From positions 44,702,001 through 44,766,000 of the forward strand of contig OZ024748.1 in NCBI GenBank assembly GCA_964016885.1: DNA of 64,000 nt, given 5' to 3'. A program made the translations under genes and the position numbers. The DNA comes from Eledone cirrhosa. Its lineage: Eukaryota. The first letter of the stretch is position 1. Each line of letters begins with the position of its first letter. Below, piece after piece: positions 25,534-40,488 of this stretch. The notes under the pieces were generated by a model. That model made no database searches. It was not told where the DNA came from and saw only the letters and a list, made by a program, of their open reading frames with translations.

Positions 25534-25639
25534 GAGCCCTATATTCTACAGGTGCCCTAAACCTGTTACCAACCCTCCCAAGGGCCAGTTAAAATCTGAT
25601 CTAATCCGACAGCTCATCAACTTGGTTATTATCCCCAGT

Positions 25640-25860
25640 TTCTTTAGAGTTAAGTAACTGAGACTACAAGATTCTCCCTGGATAGGACGCCAGTCTATCA
25701 TTGAATTAACTCCCCAGCTACTGCTAATATTAACTTTCAGCTGGCCATACTGGAGCAGCATGAAATAAAGTGTTTTGTTCAAGAACACAATGTAGTACCC
25801 TGTCTAGAAATTGAACCAACGAAATTTAATTATAAGTCCAGCCTCTTAACCACTAGGCTG
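25640..25860 (-). mobile_element. Old diverged tRNA-derived CORE-like SINE
   Basis: tactggagcagcatgaaataaagtgttttgttcaagaacacaa and ttaaccactaggc resemble the family A core and A box. Confidence 0.65.
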
Positions 25861-26109
25861 TATGGTTTAATGGGGCATTAATCCTTTAGTATTTAAACTG
25901 GCTGTATGCAAACAGAATTCTTCCACCTCTTTCTGTTCAAAACGGCTGCAACCAGCTGCTCATACTGATGTTAGCCATTTAGTACATAAACCGGCCATAT
26001 CCGGCCAGAATTTCCTCATCTCTTTCTGTTCAAACCAGCCATAACCAGCTGCTCATACCGATGTTAAGGTATTGTTCTCAAAATAAATAATATCAAAATC
26101 TCATAGATT

Positions 26110-26461
26110 CGATGTTATGTGATATATTATATGAGATAAAGCTTTTACCATTAAAATGCAATAGTAACTATAGAGTAATGTAAATGTTATGTGAGATATT
26201 ATGTGAGGTAAAGCCTTTACTGTGAAAATACAATAGTAAATATAGAGTAGTGTAAATGTTATGTGAGATATTATGTGAGGTAAAGCCTTTACTGTGAAAA
26301 TACAATAGTAAATATAGAGTAATGTAAATGTTATGTGAGATATGTGAGGTAAAGCCTTTACTGTGAAAATACAATAGTATATATAGAGTAATGTAAATGG
26401 TATGTGAGATATTATGTGAGGTAAAGCCTTTACTGTAAAAATATAATAGTATATATAGAGT
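26110..26461. repeat. 72-bp minisatellite, left part (~5 units)
   Basis: Unit tatatagagtaatgtaaatgttatgtgagatattatgtgaggtaaagcctttactgtgaaaatacaatagta. Confidence 0.95.
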
Positions 26462-26698
26462 GATTTCTTTATTTGCCACCAGGGCACAAAAGGTAGGGTC
26501 AGATACAAGGGGGGAAGTTTGCATATAATTAACGAGTACAAAAATATAACAATGAAATAACAACAACAAACGAAGTCCTCAATAGGGAGGGGGCATTAAT
26601 ATGGGTCGCACACACCCCGGAAAAAATGTCCAACCCTTCTCCTCAGGAGCACAAAGAGTAGGTGCTTCCCTCGTCTCCTCTTTTTCCTCTTCTTTCAC

Positions 26699-29600
26699 CT
26701 ACAGGCTGATATAGAGAGAAGACCCATTCACTCTGGCCATTCTCCCTACTTTCACCCACCTTTCATAAAACTTGCTGGGGTAGAGCACCTCTCTCTCCAT
26801 TCTGATCCTTCTTTTAAAATGGTATTTGAAAAAGGGGACCAGTTGTTGGCCGGAGAGAAAGGTGTCTGACCTCAGCCCTTTCAGCCTCGTCCACCATACA
26901 ACTTCTTTAGCCATGGCTATCACACAGAGAAAAACCGCCTCTCCTTCGTTTTTGAAAGGGGGAGGCGGTTTGATCGTGACAATGGACTCGGTGGTCAACC
27001 GGATTGGTCCCACCCTCGACAGTAGTCGTTCCACATAGCCCCACAGGTCAGCAATGCCTGGGCAGTGTACGAATGCGTGCGCAACGGTTTCGTCGTCATG
27101 CACGCATCTCGGACAGATCTTATTCAAAGGATCCCTATCCAGGCTCCCATGCCTGTGGAGCTTGTCTCGAACGGGTAGAGCCCCTCGGTAGCACTGCCAA
27201 GCCAGGGACTTTTGGAAGTTGTCCATCGCTCCAGGGCCAAACGTCCTACCGAACAGACTGGCCAGTTCATCTTCCTCCATGCCTAGAGCTTCTCCGAGAG
27301 CATCGTCGCACCTGCTGCGTACCAACCCTCTATAGAATGTCGAGGTGGAGTCTCCACTGATTGCTGGGTTCGCTTTCCAGAGGGCCGTGAGCGCCTGGGC
27401 ACATTCAATGTGCCAGTCGCCCACTTTTCTCGGTCTTTTCTTGACCCAGGATTGCAGCTCGGTGAGCGAGACGAGTCTGGGAAAGGCTCGCCTCACAAAC
27501 GGGGCCCACACCGGTTGACCGGTGAGGAATACCTGGAGGTGCCGTAGCCTTAATGCGTGTTTACGCATCTGTAGCCACGGCATCCCCAGCCCTCCTTTCG
27601 AAGGGTGTTGACAGCAGATGGATCTCCTCACCAAAGGGGTCCGCTTGTTCCAAAGAAATTGGAACAGCGCGCACTCCATTTTGGCGAGTCTTTTCACTGG
27701 GCAAGGCACGACGGCCAAGCGGTAGTAGATGACGGATGCTATATAAGTATTCGCCACCTCCGCTCGACCTTTCAGGGATAGTTTGCACTGGGCCCACTTC
27801 TGGGTGAGTGCAAACACCCTGGCCGTTACATCGTTCCAGTTTTTCTCCACCTGGAGGTCTGGTCTGAACCAGACCCCAAACAGCTTCACCGGGCCCTCCG
27901 TCCAGCGTCCGACGACGTCGATGGAGGGCATCGGTTTGCCTCTCCATGTTCCGAGTTGCAAACCGACGGACTTGTCCCGGTTCAGCTTGGCTCCTGTAAA
28001 CCTTTCATATTCCTCCAGTAAGGTGCCGATCTCACCGATTTGCGAGGTTTTCGACACCATTACTGTCACGTCATCGGCGTAGGCCGACGCCGCTTTCTGC
28101 AATCCCGGTTCCAAAGGGATGCCCTGCAACCGCTCCAACTTCCGCAGTAGTGGCTCAAGAGCCAGCACATACAGAAGGGAGGAGAGAGGGCATCCCTGTC
28201 GGATGGATCGCATGATTTGGAACGGCTCCGAGAGGTGGCCGTTCACCTTGACCCTTGAGCAGACGTTGCTGCTGTGCATCGCAGCAATCTAACCCCTGAA
28301 AACGGGTCCGAAGCCTGCCGCCGCGAGCACCGCATCCAGGTAACGATGGTCAACCCTATCGAAAGCTTTAGATTGATCCAAGTTGATCAGGGCCCCACCA
28401 AAGCCGGGTTCATTCCCTACCCTCTCTATGATGTATCGCATAAGGTAGAGATTGTCGTGAATGGACCTGGACGGGATTGCGCATGTCTGCGCTTCTCCCA
28501 CCAGGTTTCCGAAGACAAGCGCCAACCTCTTCGCTAACACCTTGGCCAAAATCTTTAACTCTGTATTTATCAGAGTTATGGGCCTGAAGTTACTTATGTC
28601 ATCCCCCTTGTTCTCATCCTTTCTCACCAGCGTAACTACGCCCTTGGTAACAGAACTGGGAATTCTCCCGTTCTGCTGCCAGTTGCAGTAGACCGCTTCG
28701 AGGATATCGGAGAACAAGTCCGGCATCGCTACATATAGCTCATATGGTAGACCATCGAGACCCGGGGATTTGCGTTTTCCGCATTGGCTCAGCGCCGCCC
28801 CTATCTCAGCAGCTGAAATCGGCCTTTCGCAGGACTTCGCTTCCGCGTCCGAGAGGCGCGGCAGACCGTCGAGGTATGGATTGAAATCCATAGTCTCACC
28901 CGGCGCGCCGCCCCTCTCGAATAGTCGTGCAAAGTGCCGCTGAAAGGCCGCACACATCTGCCCAGGTTCAAGGATCACACGCCCATCCTGGTCCTTCAAA
29001 GACCGAATCGTGGACTTGTTCCCACTTTTTGCCTCTGTCACTCGGGCCCAGCTAACAGCTTTGGCTCCCTCATTACCCAGAGCAGAATAGTCAACCGAAT
29101 AGTCAACCATGAACATTTTTGGACAGCTAAATGTGTCCCTATCCTTCTCTCTAACTAGGACCCTATCTAGGTACGACCTAGATGTTCCGCTGAGATTGGT
29201 CCACGTCCATAGTGGTACAGTCGGAAAATCTAGTCGGTATCTATCGGCCAGGTCAAATCGGCCGATTAACCTTTTGAGGTTTTTACACCCCCCTCTATTG
29301 GCACATGCCCCTACATAGTCCCAACCTGCATCCAGGATACCATTCCAGTCCCCCACTAAAAGCAAGGAGCGGGACGTTCCCAGAAAAGTTTCCAGACGTT
29401 GGAAGTATTCCGGCCGCGCTGCCCAAAAAGGGGCGTACACAGCAATTAGTCTAAGGGCTCCACTTTCACTACTGCCGACGTCTAAAACCACCAGTCGACC
29501 CTCCGGATCCAGGTGCACCTTCTGTATGGCGAGGCCCAGGTGTTTTCGCAGCAGAACGACAACTCCACCCCCACCCCCCGGTTGACAGAGAGATGCGAAG

Positions 29601-29768
29601 ATCTCAAAGTCGTCGAAGAGGGGCGCCAGTTGGAGCGCGCTGCTGATCCTGGACTCGCAAATAGCCATTACATCCATACTATGCGACCTGAGATCGTTTA
29701 AGTTTGCCTTGTTTCCAAGACAGTCCCAGGCCGCGTACATTCAGACACCCAACTCTTATATCAGCCAT
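26699..29768 (-). pseudogene. LINE ORF2 (APE endonuclease, reverse transcriptase, CCHC), disrupted
   Basis: Starts MADIRVGCLNVRG at 29768 with an early frameshift; VYAP, GDWN, SYLDRV; KSPGLDG, FRPITLIN, DQSKAFD, QGCPLS, YADD; CPRC..ETVAHAFVHC; in-frame TAG at 28289-28291; internal deletion near 29085. Confidence 0.95.
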
Positions 29769-29773
29769 GTTGG

Positions 29774-31593
29774 TTAAAAGAGGAAGGACCTACCTGTTCG
29801 GCTCCTGAGGAGCAGGTTGCACAATATCCATGGGCGTATTGGAGGGTTGTTTGGTGGGGTGTTGTTCTGTGGTGGGGTGGGGGTGTTTGGTGAGGTGTGG
29901 GTGTATTGGGTGTGGGTGGGGAAACGTTTCAAGAGGACGCGGTTATAGGGTCGAGTACATGTTTTCCCCACGTCCTCAGGAAAGTTCTCTCTTAGTTTTG
30001 CATAGGTGTCCATTGGGAGTCTTATCATTTTTAAATGCGGTTTGTTGGCCGCGCTTGCAAAGAATTGCCCTTCAGTTTCCACCGAAGGGTCTTTGTATAT
30101 TGTTTTTACTAGTTCTTTGTTATTTGTGTTAATGTATGTATACTGTTTTATTTGTGTCGTGTTTGTGTTTGTTTGTTGTTCTTGTGTGTGCTTGCGTTTT
30201 GTTGTATGTGTTATGTTTTGGGGTGGGTGGTTTTTGTTTGTTCTGTTTGTTTTGTTTTTGTTGGTGGTTGTGTGTTTGTTTCGTTTATGTTCATGTGGTG
30301 TTTTCTTTTTTTTCTTTTTACAGGTTGGAAGGGTTCCCCCTCTTCGTCACTAGGTGCCGTTTCAGCTGGGTCGTCATCCGTGCTGTCGGGTAGTGGTGTA
30401 TTTTGGGGTTCTGTTGTGTTTGTGTGTGTTTTGGGAGGTGTTTTGGGTGGGACCGTGTCTTGTGTTATTTTTTCGTGTTGTTTTTTTTTGTTGTTGTTGT
30501 TGTTTTTGTTGTTGTTGTGGTGGTGGTAGTGGTCGTGGTGGTGGTGGTGGCGGTGGTGGTGTGTGGGGTGTAGGCAAAAGAGCCTTTTTTTATTTGTCAA
30601 TTGAGGACAGGCAGCCCTTAGATGACCCCTGCTTGAACAGTAGTAACACATGGGCCTCCTACCCTCGGTTGAAATGTATACAAATGTTTCTCCATCGAGG
30701 GACAACCTCTGTGGTATTCTTGCTATTCGTTCTGGTCTCATTTGGACCAGAACCTCCACGCTCAAACCGCCGAAAACGTCTGTGGTGACTTCTCCTACTG
30801 AGAGGATTCTGTCCTCGTCTTCTAAATATCCTGTTAGTACCCAGGAAATGCATGCATTTGGCCGGATTCCGGAGACTCTTATCTTTTGCGTTCTTTTCCC
30901 CAAGTATGTGGGGAAAAATGTGTGTAGCTTGGAAACAATTGGCGACACAGAGTATTTCCTGGCCGTCAAATGATCTTTCATTAGCACCGTTATATTCCCA
31001 TAGAGTGGCCCTTTTTGTATGAACGATATATCACTCCACCCATTTTTTAGGACCAGCTCAATTTCTTTTTGGGATAATTGAGCTGGTTTCCTTGTTATGT
31101 TGGAAATTGTTCTGAAGGATATCGTTCTTAGTGTCGTGTCTCTTTTGATTTCTTGTAGGGAGGTGATTGTGAAGTCTCCTCCTTCTTTGAAAGTTACATA
31201 CTGTTTTGCTTCCTTCATCTTTTCTCTCAGAGTTGTAATGTCCAGTTGCTTACAGGTTTGTTTTTTTCGGACCGCCTGTGCAAAGGAGGCACCAGTAGTG
31301 GGTTCGCTTTGTTTGGTGTTATCGTTATTTTTTTCCTTTTTTTCTTGGTTGGTGTTGTGACTATTGCTGTTGTTGGTCGTGCTGTTATTCTTATTGTTGT
31401 TTTTGTCTGCGTTTATGTGACTTTCTGGGTTTTCACCCATTTTTACACATTTTTCTTTTAATTCCGTGTTCCATGTTTCTTTTGCAGAAGTGAGGAGGGA
31501 AGACTTAGAGCATTGTGCTTCTAGCTTCTCTGTATCACCTTTCTTAGGGGGCGTGGCTTTCTCGTTAGGATGAGATGTGAAAATTCCGTCCAT
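29774..31593 (-). pseudogene. LINE ORF1 (gag-like, zinc knuckle), disrupted in the low-complexity C-terminal half
   Basis: ATG at 31593 (MDGIFTS); SFAQAV motif; CYYCSSRGHLRAAC; last segment stops at 29774, just upstream of the ORF2 ATG. Confidence 0.85.
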
Positions 31594-31804
31594 TTTTATC
31601 AGTTTGCCGTAATAAATTTTTAAATGTAAAATTCGCCCCAAAAAGGGGCAAAAATAAATAAACTCAAAGTCTGACGACCCAGGTAAGGGGTTAACGTATA
31701 TTACAGTACAAAAACAATAAATCAAAACTCACTTTTGAGTAAGTAAATCCAACTCGGTAGCCGAGCTTGTTCACACACGTCTACACACGTCTCTCGTATA
31801 CGAG

Positions 31805-32310
31805 ATGTTATGTGAGATATTATGTGAGGTAAAGCCTTTACCGTGAAAATACAACAGTATATATAGAGTAATGTAAATGTTATGTGAGATATTATGTGAG
31901 GTAAAGCCTTTACTGTGAAAATACAATAGTATATATAGAGTAATGTAAATGTTATGTGAGATATTATGTGAGGTAGAGCCTTTACTGTGAAAATACAACA
32001 GTATATATAGAGTAATGTAAATATTATGTGAGATATTATGTTAGGTACAGCCTTTACTGTGAAAATACAATAGTATATATAGAGTAATGTAAATGTTATG
32101 TGAGATATTATGTGAGGTAAAGCCTTTACTGTGAAAATACAACAGTATATATAGAGTAATGTAAATGTTATGTGAGATATTATGTGAGGTAAAGCCTTTA
32201 CTGTGAAAATACAATAGTATATATAGAGTAACGTAAATATTATGTGAGATATTATGTGAGGTAAAGCCTTTACTGTGAAAATATAATAGTATATATAGAG
32301 TAATGTAAAT
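31805..32310. repeat. 72-bp minisatellite, right part (~7 units)
   Basis: Same unit as 26110-26461. Confidence 0.95.
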
Positions 32311-32477
32311 AATAAAGGGTCAAACTATGAGGGGTTGTCTGGAAGACTGAAAAATAAAGTTGATCTCGGCAGGATTTGAACTAGATATTGCAGGTTACCT
32401 CTACTTACCAGTCTAGGGAATTGATAACATTGCTACACTTAGATAATAAGTAGCAGTCAAGTACTAGTACTTTATTT

Positions 32478-32772
32478 TATCATCATCATCATGATCATCA
32501 TTATCGTCATCATCACCATCATCACCGCCACCATTATCACCATCAACACCACCATCATCATCATCATCATCATCATTACCATCACGACAATCATCACCAT
32601 CGCCATCATCACCACCATCGTCACCACAACCATCATCATCATCATCACTATCACCACCACCACCATCGCCATCACCACCACTATCCTCATCATCACCGCC
32701 ACAATCATTACCACCAACATCATCACCACCGCCAACATCACCACTATCACCACCAATGCCACCATCACCACC

Positions 32773-32806
<34 letters not shown>

Positions 32807-33246
32807 CCACCACCACTATCGCCATCACCACCACAATCATCAACACCACAATCATTACCGCCAGCATCACCACTATCACCACCAACACCACCATCACCAC
32901 CGCCACCACTAACACCACCAACACCACCATCACCACCGCCACCACTATCACCACCAACACCACCATCACCACCGCCACCACTAACACCACCAACACCACC
33001 ATCACCACCGCCACCACTATCACCACCAACACCACCATCACCACCGCCACCGCTATCACCACCAACACCACCATCACCACCACCACCGCCACCACCACCA
33101 TCATCACTATCACCACCACCACCACCACCACTATCACCACCAACACCACCATCACCACCACCGCCACCACCACCACCATCATCACTATCACCATCACCAC
33201 CACCACCACCACCACCATCACCACCATCATCTCCAACATCATCATA
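32478..33246. repeat. (CAC/CAT)n trinucleotide tract
   Basis: Direct inspection. Confidence 0.95.
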
Positions 33247-33366
33247 GTGAGGATTTTAATGAAGAATATAAGAAAATAGATAAACGGTAACCCCTTCTCC
33301 CTCCCCCAGCTGCCTCAAACAAAATTACAAAAAAAAAGATTCTCCTCAAATACCAAAATTCCTGCA

Positions 33367-35285
<1,919 letters not shown>

Positions 35286-35598
35286 AGGATAATATAATCT
35301 TTTATAATTGCTAATAAATAGAGATAATCTGGATAGGCAGGAGAGAAGATTAGATGGAAGTGAGTAGCTGTGAGGAGGAGAGGGATGAGGAGAAGGTATA
35401 CAGGAGTAGGAGGTGAGGTGAGAAGGAGGAGGAGGAGATATAGGAGGAGGAATGAGGGAGGGGAAGTAATAACTAGTAAATTGGTAAGATTAATATTTCA
35501 GCATTGTTCCAGATGGGTTTTTTTCTTTTAAATATTGTTTTTGTCATATTGGAATGTCCTTTATAGAAAGGTTATGTATATGTATGCATGTGTATGTA

Positions 35599-35697
<99 letters not shown>

Positions 35698-36586
35698 GTA
35701 TACACACACACATACACATATATATATATATATATATATACATATATATGTACATAAATATATGTGTCTGTGTGTATGTATGTATATATATATTTATATA
35801 TATATATATAAATACATAAATGTGTGTGTGTATATATATGTATATCTGTGTGTTTATCTAATATATATACATATATACATATGCATGTATACACACACAT
35901 ATATATATATACACTTATATATATATATGTATATATATATACACATATATACACACACACATACATATATATATACACACACATACACATATATACGCAC
36001 ATATTAGCCTTCCATACTCATCACCCTGTCAAATCACACCACATTTGTCATAACTTCATACTTATCTCCCATCAATCACTACCATCCAACCCGCCACCCC
36101 ATCACTGAGCAGAGAGAGCTCTTCCATTGGGACAAAGACCAACAACCTCTCTAGCATTGGTGCCAAGAAAATGCACCTGGTACACCCTGTAATGTGGTTG
36201 GTGACAGGAAGGTCACCCCGCTGCAGAAGTAGAAACTTTGCCTCAAAAAAGGGTTGAGAGCACCCTTCAGTTGTGTGAAAGACATGACAACCTCTATTGA
36301 GCACTCAGTAGAATATAAGTCTGTATGTAAGTGAGATGCAGAGACCCCCCTCCCACACACACGGACCTGGGGTCTGGCTGTCGAAGAAACAACACAATAT
36401 GTCTGGCCGGTCCCCTTGTATAAAGGTTTTTTTTAAGGAACTTTCATTGTTTTTATAGGTTTTGCTATCTGGAAAGCTCAGGCTATCATAACTGATAGTC
36501 CCCAGCAAAATATGTATAACAGAGCTTTAAATGAACCTAAATCAACTAAATAAGGCCTCCGATCTTTTAATAATATATATATATAT

Positions 36587-36704
36587 ATCATCATCATCAT
36601 CATCATCATCATCATCGTTTAACGTCCATCTTCCACGCTTGCATGGGTTTGGACGGGAGTTTTCCCACTTGAGGCAAGATTGGTTGTCCTGCTCGTATAG
36701 GACT
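36587..36704 (-). mobile_element. RTE LINE 3'-UTR tail fragment with (GAT)n tail
   Basis: Reverse complement resembles 46960-47081. Confidence 0.75.
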
Positions 36705-37585
36705 ATATATATATATATATCAACTAGAAATTGATTGACATATATATATATATAAAATAAACATATGAAACAATCACAGGGAATAATTTGTAAAAGTGTG
36801 TAAGAACACATAGCTATGTAGGTAACTAATTAAAGTTTAACTAGAACTTTAAAAATAGATACCTTATAAATGGATTAATCTGACATGACACCTTTAAATT
36901 AATTTAATTTAATTTTGAATATATATATAAATTTTATAATAGGGCTATGTGGTTACTAGGAAATATTTAAAAAACACGTGGGTGAAAACATGGAAGACAC
37001 AAACACATGGACAATTCCCGCTCATCAGCTGTCTTCTGAGGATCATTATAGTTTCGAATGCACAAAAGACAGGACTCTTCCCCACAGTGCATTAATGACT
37101 ATATATATCTACACACACACGCACACACATATATATATATAAGGGCAAATGATGACAAATGAAACAAAAGAGAATAATGTTTTACCCACGATATTTCAGG
37201 GCAATAACCCTCTTTGAAAAGGTGAAGCTGAAACTGTTCAAAACAATCGATGTGTTCTTACTTAACTTGCCTATGTGTCTGAAATACACATGCATGAAGT
37301 TGTTATAGTAGCCAAACTGCTTCATATATTTCCAGTGTACATATAAATACATATATATGTGTGTTACTAAGGTTTCTATGCAACCAATAAAGTGCGTATC
37401 ACCTCATCGTCATCAAAGCATATCTGACAAAAGTGCTCAACAAATAATTATAGGTAATTATAAATAATTCAGGTCTGAGACATAAAGACTTTGCTGTGAG
37501 ATATAACAGAAAGTACATGTTGGTAGACAACATTAGGTGTATATATCTATATATATATGTGTCTGTATATACATATATATATGTA

Positions 37586-37957
37586 TATATTAATAAAAGG
37601 AATTCCAACTTTGTCTGATTTACTCGTTTTATTTACAATCCTTTAAAATTATAATGGTACTATAATGAAATAGTATGGTAGAATATTAAATGTTAAATGT
37701 TAATTGAACAAGTACTTTCGTAATTGAACAAATGCTTTCACAATCTTCAGGTTCATATTCAGTGGTGACAGTCAAGTTGGCAATTTTATGAACTGAATAT
37801 GAACCTGAAGATTGCAAAAGCATGGAAGTAATTGTTCACTTAACACTTAACATTTAATATTCTACCATACTATTTCATTATAATATCATTATAATTTTAA
37901 AGGATTGTAAATAAAATGAGTAAATCAGACAAAGTTGGAATTCCTTTTATTAATATA
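37586..37957. repeat. Long inverted repeat (~175-bp arms, ~28-bp loop) with degenerate hammerhead core
   Basis: 37586-37763 is the reverse complement of 37792-37957; tgaac-CTGAAGA-ttgt-GAAA-gcattt-gttca on the minus strand of the left arm. Confidence 0.9.
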
Positions 37958-38043
37958 ATCTTCTATACACAATCATATACACCCGTGTATATAAATTTAT
38001 ATATCATCATCATCATATATATATATATATATGTATATATATG

Positions 38044-38085
<42 letters not shown>

Positions 38086-38349
38086 ATTATATATCTATGT
38101 GCTTGTATATATATATATATATATATGTGTGTATATACATATATATGTATATGTATATATATATGTATATATATCTATATATGTGTATATATATCTATAT
38201 ATGTGTATATATCTATATATATATATGTTTCTATATATCTATCTATATACATATCTCTATATATATGTATGTATATACCTATCTCTCTCTCTCTATATAT
38301 ATATATATTATATATATATATATATATCTATATATATATATATCTACAT

Positions 38350-38676
38350 GGAGGCACATGGCTTAGTGGTTAGAGCATTGGCCTTGCAATCGAAAAGTTG
38401 TGAGTTCAATTCTCAGACTGGGTGATGTGTTGTTTCCTTGAGCAAGACACTTTATTTCACATTGCTCCAGTTTACTCAGCTGTAGAAATGAAATGATAGG
38501 GACTGGGGTCCCTATCATTCCACTGTAATGTTGTCGTGGAGGTGCCAGGCAAAAAAGCACCCAGCACTCACTGTAAATGAGGTTGGTGTTAGGAAGGGCA
38601 TCCAGCTGTAGAAATCAAGCCTACATCAGTTCCCGTCCCAAAAGCGGACGCAAAATGAAATGATGATGATGATGAT
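38350..38676 (+). mobile_element. SINE family A, full length: tRNA head, CORE-like domain, RTE-type tail with (GAT)n
   Basis: A box TGGCTTAGTGG, B box GAGTTCAATTC; ccttgagcaagacactt...ccagtttactcagctgtagaaatg resembles the MIR/CORE domain. Confidence 0.9.
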
Positions 38677-38883
38677 ATGTATCTATATACCTATCTATAT
38701 ATCTCTCTATATAAATATGTATATATATATATATATATATAAAATTACATATATAAATATATACATACATATGTATATATGTATACATATATATACATAT
38801 ATACATATATATATATATATGTATATATATGTGTGTATATTTATATATATATATACATGTACACACATATATATATGTATATA

Positions 38884-38921
<38 letters not shown>

Positions 38922-38950
38922 AAAGAATAGAGGTGTAACACAAGTTATGA

Positions 38951-39218
38951 TATATTGGTAAACGGAATAGAAAATGCTGACAAATTGTTCCCAGTGAAAA
39001 ATAGTTTAATTAGGAATAAGTGAGAATTAGTAATAGTTTTGGTTTTAAGTTTTACCGGTTGCGCATTTCTAATGCTTTTCAAAAATAATTTTGAGATAGA
39101 GCGTAGGTGATGTTTGCTCTAATCTGAATACTAACCAATACTATTACTAATTCTCACTTATTCCTAATTAAACTATTTTTCACTGTGAACAATTTGTCAG
39201 CATTTTTTATTCCGTTTA

Positions 39219-39226
<8 letters not shown>
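38951..39226. repeat. Inverted repeat (~93-bp arms) with a hammerhead-like relic in the spacer
   Basis: 38951-39044 versus 39133-39226; spacer minus strand TTGAAAA-gcatt agaa atgc-GCAA-ccggta. Confidence 0.88.
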
Positions 39227-39277
<51 letters not shown>

Positions 39278-39336
39278 GGACAGAAGAATTATGATGAGTT
39301 AAACTATCATCATCATTGTCATCATAATTTTATGTA

Positions 39337-39386
<50 letters not shown>

Positions 39387-39389
39387 AAT

Positions 39390-39710
39390 GTGTTGAGAGA
39401 GAAACTGTGTCTTAGAGGGATAGAGTGTAGTGTACGGGAGAGGAGACTGAGGTGGTATGGACATGTGATGCGCATGGAGGATGACCGATGGGTGAAGAAG
39501 TGCCAGGAAATGCCAGTTGAAGGAAGACGTGGTAGAGGTAGACCACGAAAAACATGGGTGGAGGTGGTGAGAACAGACCTCAGATCATTGAAGCTCACGG
39601 TGGAGATGACGAGGGACCGTGACGAGTGGAGAGATGCTGTGCTGAATAAGACCCGTCCCACCCTTGCAAGCAGGGAAAAGCTGACGTAAAATGATGATGA
39701 TGATGATGAT
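39390..39710 (+). mobile_element. RTE LINE 3' fragment
   Basis: RRLRWYGHVMRM..GRRGRGRPRKTW..DRDEWR; (GAT)n tail. Confidence 0.92.
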
Positions 39711-39857
39711 ACATATATACATACAATGATGATGATAGTTTAACTCATCATAATTCTTCTGTCCATTTATTCATTAAATGAGTCAGCTATCATATTATAT
39801 ATCTAGTTCAGTTGTTAGTTATCTCATTAACAGCTCTGTTGAGCACTATTGGACTGA

Positions 39858-39862
39858 ATACT

Positions 39863-39897
<35 letters not shown>

Positions 39898-39943
39898 CAC
39901 TACCACTACCACTACTACTACTACTACCACTACTACTACCACA

Positions 39944-39980
<37 letters not shown>

Positions 39981-40012
39981 TTACTACTACTACTACTACC
40001 ACCACCACCACC

Positions 40013-40052
<40 letters not shown>

Positions 40053-40068
40053 ATAATAATAATAATAA
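39858..40068. repeat. (TAC/CAC)n microsatellite
   Basis: Direct inspection. Confidence 0.95.
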
Positions 40069-40488
40069 TTGTTTCTACTTTAGGCACAAGGCTAGTAATT
40101 TGAAGTGGTCAGGTAAGTTGATTAAATCGACCCCAGTACATTACTGGTACTTTACTTTATCGACCCCGTAAGGATGAAAGATAAAACTAACCTCGACAAG
40201 ATTTGAACTCAGAACGCAAAGGGCCGCAACTCTATGCCTGAAGCGCGGTGTCTGACACTCTGCTGATTCTGCAACTTCCCTCCCCCCATCATTAATAATA
40301 ATACTTTCTCCTTTTGGCACAAGGCCAGCAATCACCCAGTGCATTACTGGTACTTTATTTTATTGACCCCGTAAGGATGAAAGGCAAAGTTTACCTCGGC
40401 GGGATTTGAACTCAGAATGGCAAGGGCCGTAACTCTATGCGTCAAAGCATGGCGTCCGACCCTCTACCGATACTGCCAATCCACCACC
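40067..40488 (-). mobile_element. Two tandem copies of SINE family B
   Basis: Full heads (...ccgatactgccaatcc) and tails. Confidence 0.88.

Larger units (their letters stand above)
26462..31804 (-). mobile_element. Near full-length L1/Tx1-clade non-LTR retrotransposon
   Basis: 5' UTR, ORF1 with CCHC knuckle, ORF2 with APE endonuclease, RT and C-terminal zinc motif, 3' UTR with AATAAA just before the junction; interrupts the minisatellite. Confidence 0.95.
25878..32323. mobile_element. Probable non-autonomous TTAA-ended (piggyBac-type) DNA element hosting the 72-bp minisatellite and the nested LINE
   Basis: Left end ttaatcctttagtattta versus reverse complement of right end ttgaccctttattattta, 15 of 18 identical. 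Confidence 0.55.

Noticed and set aside
26101-26569. Repetitive membrane-protein-like ORFs (also 31771-31998 and 51773-51994)
   Set aside because: Unit lengths of 72 and 60 bp are multiples of three, so the minisatellites read open by chance
28289-28291. Programmed readthrough or recoding at in-frame stops in the LINEs (TAG here, TGA at 59423)
   Set aside because: Both sit at Trp positions and are simple TGG-to-stop mutations in decaying copies; the paralogous RTE copy has TGG at the equivalent site
31670-31710. CTGACGA hammerhead core near the LINE 5' UTR
   Set aside because: No GAAA at the end of a stem II and no stem I; also antisense to the element
36450-36552. Possible terminal exons after acceptor-like sites (FAIWKAQAII.. 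here; IDMCSWLGSG.. at ~40630-40718)
   Set aside because: Only an AG with a short pyrimidine run; no recognisable protein and no partner exons
36960-37035. CTGATGAG on the minus strand as a hammerhead
   Set aside because: No matching GAAA or stem III found downstream
38350-38430. tRNA gene
   Set aside because: A and B boxes are present but there is no complete cloverleaf or acceptor stem, and the sequence continues into a multi-copy SINE body
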